Below, piece by piece: positions 57,590 through 64,000 of a DNA stretch of 64,000 nt. The position numbers were made by a program, and so were the translations under genes. The stretch is from a virus: IMG/VR virus record IMGVR_UViG_3300028706_000553; one strand, 5' to 3'. Positions within the stretch are counted from its first letter, which is position 1. Each line of letters opens with the position of its first letter. The notes below the pieces were generated by a model. It searched no databases, was not told the DNA's origin, and worked only from the letters and a program-made list of their open reading frames with translations.

Positions 57590-58608
57590 AACATTTTTGC
57601 ATGGCGCCATTTACTCATATACAAATGAACCCGGCCGGAGAAATAAATCCATGTTGTATTTTTGATAAAAGAATTTATCCAAGATATGATAGTTTAGAAA
57701 TGGCTTTTAATGGTCCAGAAAATTCGGAACTTAGAAGTAAGATGTTAAACGATGAATGGATTAAGGGTTGTGAAAAATGTTATAGGGATGATGAAATAGG
57801 TAAACCAAGTTATCGTAAAAATTTCAATAACAAATATGATAAAAGTTATATTCAAAATCCAAAAATAAAGGAACTAGAATTTTCTGCTTCCAATTTATGT
57901 AATTTTAAATGCATAGGTTGTAATTCTAAATTTAGTTCGGCGATTGGTGGAAAATTATATAAAAATTTATTACCGGATTTAGATTTAAGTGAATTAGAAG
58001 ATTTAAAGATTCTTGGTGGTGAGCCATTTATGGATCCACTGTATTTAGAATTGTTTAACACTCTTAAAATTGAAAATATTAATTTAATGATTGTTACAAA
58101 TAATTCTATTTTTCCAAATGAAAAATGGAGAGAGTATCTTACCAGATTTAAAAGTTTGAATTATAATGTTAGTATTGACGGAATTGGTGAGGTAGCGGAG
58201 TTTGTTAGATATGGAACCAAGTGGTCTCGATTTGAAAAGAATTTTGATAAACAATTAAAACATTTTTTCGTAATACCTCATTACGTCTTTCATACCCTTA
58301 ATAGCACGGACTTAACTGATACGATTAAGTGGATAGAATCAAAAGGGATAACTAATAATACTATATCATATGATTTTTTAGATGGACCGGAATGGTTGAA
58401 TGCATCTTATTTGCCTTCTAATGTAAAAGATATCATAATAAATAATAATGACAATTTTTTACAAAAAGAAATAATAAACTTCTTAAAGTCTAATGAATTT
58501 GATAAAAGTTATTGTATTAAGTTAATTAAGTGGATGAATGAAAGAGATGACCTTCCAGATAAATGTGAAGAGATATATTACGAGGTCTCCAAATGCTTAA
58601 AGTCTTAA
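57586..58608 (+). CDS. Radical SAM protein with N-terminal twitch-like domain (rSAM 15)
   Basis: FCMAPF..PCC..CEKC; CNFKCIGC; LGGEPF. Confidence 0.92.
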   Translation: MKHFCMAPFTHIQMNPAGEINPCCIFDKRIYPRYDSLEMAFNGPENSELRSKMLNDEWIKGCEKCYRDDEIGKPSYRKNFNNKYDKSYIQNPKIKELEFSASNLCNFKCIGCNSKFSSAIGGKLYKNLLPDLDLSELEDLKILGGEPFMDPLYLELFNTLKIENINLMIVTNNSIFPNEKWREYLTRFKSLNYNVSIDGIGEVAEFVRYGTKWSRFEKNFDKQLKHFFVIPHYVFHTLNSTDLTDTIKWIESKGITNNTISYDFLDGPEWLNASYLPSNVKDIIINNNDNFLQKEIINFLKSNEFDKSYCIKLIKWMNERDDLPDKCEEIYYEVSKCLKS

Positions 58609-59507
58609 CCAAAGATGGTTTAAAATATTGTAATGATCAGACTATTAAAACAAGAACAAATTTTAAAGGTTGGCATTGCAGACAAACAAACTATATTATT
58701 GATGCCGGCTGGTGGGAAGTGGGTACTTCAGTTTGCAGAACACCTTATCCCGTTTCAATAGATGATTTTACTGAACCTAAAGAAATAATATGTCCTAATG
58801 AAAATTGTTTCTGTGGTACTGATATAGCTATGCCTAAAGGTAAAACAGAAGATCATATGTTGATGATTCCTGTTTACACCGATGTAAAAGGAAAATTAAA
58901 ACCGGATGATGAGGTTCTTGCTGTTTGGGGTGATGATGGTGTTTCCGTAGATTTTTATACAGATCGCAAATGTAATTTTAGATGTAGTTATTGTGATCCA
59001 CGTAGTCACAATTATAAAGGTGATTTAACGTCATTAGAACGGATGCAAGAAGCTTGGAATAAAGTTAATCCTTTAAATGTTAAAAAAATAATTATCTCAG
59101 GTGGGGAACCAACCCTTATTCCTCGTTATATAGATTTTGTAAAATGGTTAAAAGAAAAAGAACCTGAAGCAATTATTTGGACTTTAACTAATGGAACTAA
59201 ACAGGTATCTTACTTAAGAGAATTAAATAAATTATCATTAATAAACTTTTCAATACATCCAGAGTTTATTAATCATAGATATATTAATAAGTTGGAACGA
59301 TTTTGTGAAGAAGTAAATTTACCTTGCAAGATTAAAATTATGTATCTACCAAAATATGAAGAATTAATAACAGAGATATATTCAATGTTTAAAGGAAGAT
59401 TTGAAAAGGTATATGTAATGACAGTACCTTTATGGGATATGAATAATAACATGAATTTAATGAAATATACACCTGAACAACTTGATTTTATCCATGCGAC
59501 TCAGTGA
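58593..59507 (+). CDS. Radical SAM protein with the GWxC-type Fe-S domain at the N-terminus (rSAM 16)
   Basis: N-terminal NFKGWHC..VC..ICPNENCFCGTD; core CNFRCSYC, SGGEPT, LTNG. Confidence 0.88.
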   Translation: MLKVLTKDGLKYCNDQTIKTRTNFKGWHCRQTNYIIDAGWWEVGTSVCRTPYPVSIDDFTEPKEIICPNENCFCGTDIAMPKGKTEDHMLMIPVYTDVKGKLKPDDEVLAVWGDDGVSVDFYTDRKCNFRCSYCDPRSHNYKGDLTSLERMQEAWNKVNPLNVKKIIISGGEPTLIPRYIDFVKWLKEKEPEAIIWTLTNGTKQVSYLRELNKLSLINFSIHPEFINHRYINKLERFCEEVNLPCKIKIMYLPKYEELITEIYSMFKGRFEKVYVMTVPLWDMNNNMNLMKYTPEQLDFIHATQ

Positions 59508-60519
59508 AGAAGATTTTACTAAGATACCTTGGCATGATATTGTAGCTCTCGGCACTAAGACAATGCTATATCGAGATACATTTACCATATCTTGGTTGTT
59601 AGGTAGATTTTGTAACTATAAATGTTCTTATTGTTGGCCATACGCCCGGGCAGATAAAAAAGATCACAGACCAACGGAACTATGTCTTAAAACTATTGAT
59701 GAAATAAAACGTCAAGCGAGAGATCAGGGATTTAATTCTTTTAACTGGTCTTTGTCTGGAGGTGAACCAACCTTTCATCCAGGTTACTTAGATATACTTC
59801 AGCACTTAGCTGATGACGAGCATGCTAAAAGACAAAGAATACATATGACTTCAAACTGTTCTCGTAAAATAAAATGGTTTGAAACATATATTAAATATGC
59901 ACAAAAATTTGACAAAGCATCAATTACAGCATCTGCTCATTTTGAACATTTAAATACCCAAGACAAGATAGCTGACTTTGCAGATAAGTTAGTTTTTCTT
60001 CAAGATAATGGAATTAGAATAACTATTAATATGGTGATGATCCCAGAGAGATTTTGGGCACTGACAGATCATGTTTTATATTTTAAAGAACGTGGTATTC
60101 ACACTACATTAAAACCACAATCAAATCCAACAGCAACAAAAGTTGTAGAAGGATATACTCAGGGACAATTAGATATTTTACATAATGATTCTAGACCATC
60201 TGATCGAGAGATAGATTTAATAGATTCAAAAGGAAATATATATGAATTGGACCAAGCTGAAAGATTTAACGCGTTTAATTTTAATGAATTCAAAGGCTGG
60301 GACTGCACGTCGGGTTTTCGTAGTATTATTATACGCGAGCCTTGTGGGAGCATTAAGCGGTCATATTCTTGCAGTGATCTACCTTTAGGAAATATAGAAA
60401 CTGGATTCAAATTATTTGATAAACCTATGCCCTGCATAACTGATAATTGTGTAAGTTCAGCAGATAGTAAAATTCCTAAACGAAAGCCAGAAAGTAATTA
60501 TCCATTATGGAAAAATTAA
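59494..60519 (+). CDS. Radical SAM protein with C-terminal GWxC-type Fe-S domain (rSAM 17)
   Basis: CNYKCSYC, SGGEPT; FKGWDC..SC..PCITDNCVSSAD. Confidence 0.92.
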   Translation: MRLSEEDFTKIPWHDIVALGTKTMLYRDTFTISWLLGRFCNYKCSYCWPYARADKKDHRPTELCLKTIDEIKRQARDQGFNSFNWSLSGGEPTFHPGYLDILQHLADDEHAKRQRIHMTSNCSRKIKWFETYIKYAQKFDKASITASAHFEHLNTQDKIADFADKLVFLQDNGIRITINMVMIPERFWALTDHVLYFKERGIHTTLKPQSNPTATKVVEGYTQGQLDILHNDSRPSDREIDLIDSKGNIYELDQAERFNAFNFNEFKGWDCTSGFRSIIIREPCGSIKRSYSCSDLPLGNIETGFKLFDKPMPCITDNCVSSADSKIPKRKPESNYPLWKN

Positions 60520-61619
60520 AACACTTCTGTGCATTACCCTTTACTCAATTTACTGTCTCATCATTTAATGAGTATCAGTTATGTTGTGATAATACGGGTG
60601 AATCAGGAATGTATAGTGATCAACATTCTATCTTAGAATATTTTAACTCTGATTATATTAATAAACAAAGATTATCATTTCTTAAAAATAAAAGATTAGA
60701 TATATGTCAGTCCTGTTGGAAAAGAGAAGATAAAGGTTTAAATTCAAGAAGATTAGAAAGTTTAAAAGGAAATTATAGAGAGCAAGTAAGAAGATATAAA
60801 CAAGGATTACCTTTAATTCCAAATCATCCTGTTTTTAAAATTAAGTTTGGAAATTTATGTAATCTTAGATGTATAATGTGTGGTCCGCAATCATCATCTG
60901 CATGGGCCCAGCATAAAGAAAAACATAGTGAAGGTACATGGCCGATTTATGAAAATACATTCAATGAAGGAACATATGAAGATTTAAAACAAATATTACC
61001 TAATGTAAGTCGTATTATTATATCAGGAGGTGAGCCTTTAATGAATGATAGATATTATGATTTTCTTGAATGGCTTATTGGATATAAGTTCGCAAGTAAA
61101 TTAAAAATAACAACTCTTACTAATGCTACGAAAATACCAGAACATTTGTTTCAATATAAAAAAGCTTTTAAACGATTATCTTTTAATATATCAGTTGATG
61201 GTATAGGAAAGAAAGATGAGTATATTAGAACAGGGCAGGTTTGGGAAAAGAAAAAAGAGAATATTTTCAAACTACAACAAAATTTTATGATTGGATTTGA
61301 AGTAACAGTGCAGGCACTTAATATTGGTTACTTAGATAATATTCAAGGTTATTTAAAAAACAATTTTGGAAGAATGTCTCCATTAACAAACATCTTAGTA
61401 ACTCCAAAATATTTTGATTCCACCAGCTTACCACAAGATATAAAACAACTCTACTTAAATAAAAATACAAAATATATTCCTGAGCGGATTACAAATCTAT
61501 TAAGAACACCTACAAAAGGTAAATCTTTTCAAAAAGGTTTAAGGTTTCTTAAACTGTGTGATAAAAGAAATAATACAAATTTCTTAGAAGAGTGGCCCGA
61601 ATTTAGACCGTATGTATAA
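60507..61619 (+). CDS. Radical SAM protein with N-terminal twitch-like domain (rSAM 18)
   Basis: FCALPF..LCC..CQSC; CNLRCIMC; SGGEPL. Confidence 0.92.
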   Translation: MEKLKHFCALPFTQFTVSSFNEYQLCCDNTGESGMYSDQHSILEYFNSDYINKQRLSFLKNKRLDICQSCWKREDKGLNSRRLESLKGNYREQVRRYKQGLPLIPNHPVFKIKFGNLCNLRCIMCGPQSSSAWAQHKEKHSEGTWPIYENTFNEGTYEDLKQILPNVSRIIISGGEPLMNDRYYDFLEWLIGYKFASKLKITTLTNATKIPEHLFQYKKAFKRLSFNISVDGIGKKDEYIRTGQVWEKKKENIFKLQQNFMIGFEVTVQALNIGYLDNIQGYLKNNFGRMSPLTNILVTPKYFDSTSLPQDIKQLYLNKNTKYIPERITNLLRTPTKGKSFQKGLRFLKLCDKRNNTNFLEEWPEFRPYV

Positions 61620-62652
61620 TCCCGATCAAATAAAACATATTCATTTAGAACCCACCCAAAGATGTCAAGCCGCATGTCCAATGTGCGATAGGACAAATAA
61701 TCCTCGTATAAAAAATGCTGAATTGACCTTAGATAATTTCATGCATATGGTGGATATTGATTTTGTGAAGCAATTAAATTCATTATTAATGTGTGGTAAT
61801 CACGGTGATCCTATTATCTCATTACATGCTCTAGATATTTTAAGATACCTTAGAGTCAACAACCCAGATATACACCTGCAAGTTACTACAAATGGTGGTG
61901 CCAGAGACGAAGACTTTTGGAGAGAATTAGCTTTCATTTTAGGTAGTAGAGGTAAAGTACAATTTAGTGTTGATGGCCTGGAAGATACAAATCATTTATA
62001 TAGAGTAAATGTTAATTGGAAAAAAATTGAAGAAGCAATGGATGTATTTACTCAAGCAGGTGGAAAAGGTGTTTGGGTTTATTTAATATTTGAACATAAT
62101 GAACATCAAGTTGAAGAAGCAGAACAAATGGCCAAGTTATTTGGATTAGACTTTATAAGAAAAAAGACTGGAAGGTGGGTACAGAGCTATAAAGGTAAGA
62201 AGATTGATAAAAAGATAACCAACAAAGGGAATGAGATTAAACCAGCTACAAAACCAGAGCATCAGAATCAAAGCGTAAATAAATATGATAGATTGGTTAA
62301 GACTCATGGTTCCTTTCAAGAGTATTTAGATCAAACATCCATCAAATGCAAATCCCTTATAACTAATGAAATATTTATCAGTGCTGAAGGTCTTGTAACT
62401 CCTTGCTGTTGGACTCATGGACGATTTTATAAAGCATATCAAGAGATTGGTGAAAATCAGATTTGGTCTTTCGTAGATGACGTGAAAAATATAAATGCTC
62501 TTCATACTCCGTTACGAGAAATCATTAAAGGAAACTTTTTCGCACAGCTGGAAAAGAGCTGGAATCTCCCTTCATGTTCTGATGGGAAATCTGTTGTATG
62601 TGCTGAGAAATGCGGTTCAGGGTTTGATGCTTTTAGAGATCAGTGGAAATGA
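61612..62652 (+). CDS. Radical SAM protein with C-terminal SPASM/twitch domain (rSAM 19)
   Basis: CQAACPMC, CGNHGDP, TTNGG, FSVDG, TPCC..CAEKC. Confidence 0.92.
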   Translation: MYNPDQIKHIHLEPTQRCQAACPMCDRTNNPRIKNAELTLDNFMHMVDIDFVKQLNSLLMCGNHGDPIISLHALDILRYLRVNNPDIHLQVTTNGGARDEDFWRELAFILGSRGKVQFSVDGLEDTNHLYRVNVNWKKIEEAMDVFTQAGGKGVWVYLIFEHNEHQVEEAEQMAKLFGLDFIRKKTGRWVQSYKGKKIDKKITNKGNEIKPATKPEHQNQSVNKYDRLVKTHGSFQEYLDQTSIKCKSLITNEIFISAEGLVTPCCWTHGRFYKAYQEIGENQIWSFVDDVKNINALHTPLREIIKGNFFAQLEKSWNLPSCSDGKSVVCAEKCGSGFDAFRDQWK

Positions 62653-63392
62653 CAAATTTTTATTGTTTGAAATGGGGAACAAAATATAATCGCTTTTATG
62701 TTAATAGACTGTTTAATTCTTTAAAGGAGCATTATGACGATCCTTTTAGTTTTACTTGTCTTACTGATAATACTGTGGGTCTTGATAAAGATATTATCGT
62801 AGACCCAATACCAACTGATTTTAGTGAGTTTCCAAGAACACAAATATTTACATCTGAGAAGATGTGTTATTTTAATAGTTATAAACACATCTCGGGACCG
62901 AAGGCTTGGTTTGACTTAGATATATTAATACAAAATAATATAACGGAACTTATTAATAAAAAGAAAAATAAGGTAACATATATTTGGAACTATTGGAGAA
63001 ACGAAGAAGCACATAAAACTAATTATGGTTGGATGACTACTCCAATTAATTCTTCTTTTGTTGCTTGGCAAGATGATTTAGGTTTTGATATGTATGAAAG
63101 ATTAGTTAAAAATAAAGAGAAGGCATTTTTTACTTATCCATCATATGACAAATATCTATTCTATCAAGAACATAGAAAAGGTAATTTAAATTATTGGGAA
63201 CCAGGAATAGTATATAATTATAATATAGGAGTTAAATATCCTGATGATTTAAACCCGACAAAATATAGATCTGATTATAAAGTCTGTTTATTTAATACAT
63301 CACACAAAGCATGGGCGAAACCTAATGAAACACATATAGAGTTACATCAGGCAGAAGGCTGGGCATATGACAAATGGATTAGTTATGAATGA
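62649..63392 (+). CDS. Putative GT-A glycosyltransferase
   Basis: CLKWGTKY, FTCLTD, WFDLDILI (DxD), INSS. Confidence 0.65.
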   Translation: MTNFYCLKWGTKYNRFYVNRLFNSLKEHYDDPFSFTCLTDNTVGLDKDIIVDPIPTDFSEFPRTQIFTSEKMCYFNSYKHISGPKAWFDLDILIQNNITELINKKKNKVTYIWNYWRNEEAHKTNYGWMTTPINSSFVAWQDDLGFDMYERLVKNKEKAFFTYPSYDKYLFYQEHRKGNLNYWEPGIVYNYNIGVKYPDDLNPTKYRSDYKVCLFNTSHKAWAKPNETHIELHQAEGWAYDKWISYE

Positions 63393-63960
63393 GTTTGATT
63401 CGTTTGCTTCTGATATCTTAAAAAATTCGGATTCAAATGCATATGATATTTTGTGGTATACTGTTCCAGAAAATAGACGACATAATGTAGGTGCGGCTAA
63501 TAACCGATATAATAAAACCTTAAATGATAAGATCCATTCTTTAATTACTCAATATTTTGACGAAGACGATTTAAACATGGTATGTTCTTGGTATATGAAT
63601 TATCATGTTGACAAAATAGAAAAATTAGGTTATAATATAACTTATTATGATTCAGATCCTTATGTGTGCGAAGATTGTGATCTTATAAGTGACAATATAC
63701 ATAACGTAGATGTTATATTTGATAGAGTGCGATTTAAAGGTCCTATCATACATAAATTTTGTGAAGATACTTATCCTATTGGTAAAGTTCATAAGGGAAA
63801 ATATATATTAGCAGGTAGTAATAAAAAAAGATTGCATATATGTAACCCTATTGAATCCTCTCAGCAATTAATAGAACAGAATGAAATCAAGTCCGTTATC
63901 TATGAAGAAGAATACGAATTTCAAAAAGTTAAATATTCAATAGTAGTAGGATGTTCATAA
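63385..63960 (+). CDS. Hypothetical protein (possibly a degenerate methyltransferase fold)
   Basis: Coupled ORF at the cluster end; no clear motif. Confidence 0.55.
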   Translation: MNEFDSFASDILKNSDSNAYDILWYTVPENRRHNVGAANNRYNKTLNDKIHSLITQYFDEDDLNMVCSWYMNYHVDKIEKLGYNITYYDSDPYVCEDCDLISDNIHNVDVIFDRVRFKGPIIHKFCEDTYPIGKVHKGKYILAGSNKKRLHICNPIESSQQLIEQNEIKSVIYEEEYEFQKVKYSIVVGCS

Positions 63961-64000
63961 AAAATTTCAAAAGTGCTGAGATTAATTTAAAAATTCTTGA

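Larger units (their letters stand above)
25096..63960 (+). other. Phage-borne radical-SAM / tailoring-enzyme supercluster
   Basis: ~45 co-oriented, mostly overlapping genes; 19 CxxxCxxC proteins counted individually. Confidence 0.9.

Noticed and set aside
41-60437. Dozens of short minus-strand and alternate-frame ORFs in the track (e.g. 2428-2805, 6278-6790, 8494-8799, 9551-9865, 11420-11737, 25692-25961, 50836-51165)
   Set aside because: They lie wholly within well-supported + strand genes, lack RBSs and motifs, and have the composition of antisense shadows. Only 16943-17329 is accepted.
26983-62652. Many upstream genes end in Trp/Cys/Tyr-Val near their C-termini
   Set aside because: A by-product of an overlapping downstream ATG (ATGG, ATGC, ATGT read in another frame), not a protein motif.
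1-64000. Stop-codon reassignment, selenocysteine, introns, inteins, homing endonucleases or tRNAs
   Set aside because: Genes tile the sequence under the standard code with coupled starts and stops; nrdJ, thyX and primase are uninterrupted; no cloverleaf or LAGLIDADG/GIY-YIG/HNH motif was recognised by eye.

Overview
The window is a 64-kb, AT-rich segment of a large T4-like (myovirus) dsDNA phage genome, almost entirely coded on the + strand. I found no tRNA, rRNA, CRISPR array or mobile element. It has four blocks. (1) ~1-11.8 kb: a late/virion block. It holds several proteins with N-termini resembling the T4 capsid-targeting signal (including a ligase-like KxDG protein and a HIGH-family nucleotidyltransferase), two paralogous MADK-start fibre-like proteins, and T4-type late-promoter motifs. 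(2) ~11.85-17.3 kb: behind a terminator and sigma70-type promoters, gp61 primase, ThyX, a class II (B12-dependent) ribonucleotide reductase, a HAD nucleotidase and a RuvC-like protein. (3) ~17.3-25.1 kb: a glycosyltransferase/heptose cassette (GT-B enzymes, cytidylyltransferase, HddA, GmhA), then RNase H, a SleB-like hydrolase and an exonuclease. (4) ~25.1-64 kb, the main result: a gap-free run of ~45 genes that looks like a natural-product tailoring cluster. It carries 19 proteins with an intact radical-SAM CxxxCxxC motif (2 of them cobalamin-binding) and a stand-alone SPASM-like protein. It also has 2 flavin-halogenase-family proteins, 5 Fe(II)/2OG-type oxygenases, an amidinotransferase, a PLP aminotransferase, a QueC-like PP-loop enzyme, an FkbM methyltransferase, a truncated adenylating enzyme, an aldo-keto reductase, a nitroreductase and an MTA/SAH-nucleosidase-like protein. 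The radical SAMs fall into paralog groups and include a domain-permuted enzyme and a split gene pair. Late-promoter-like motifs sit in several of the cluster's few spacers. No scaffold synthase, transporter or recognisable DNA-hypermodification transferase is visible, so the substrate is unknown; virion protein or glycan hypermodification is my leading inference. All family calls come from manual motif reading, with no database searches.
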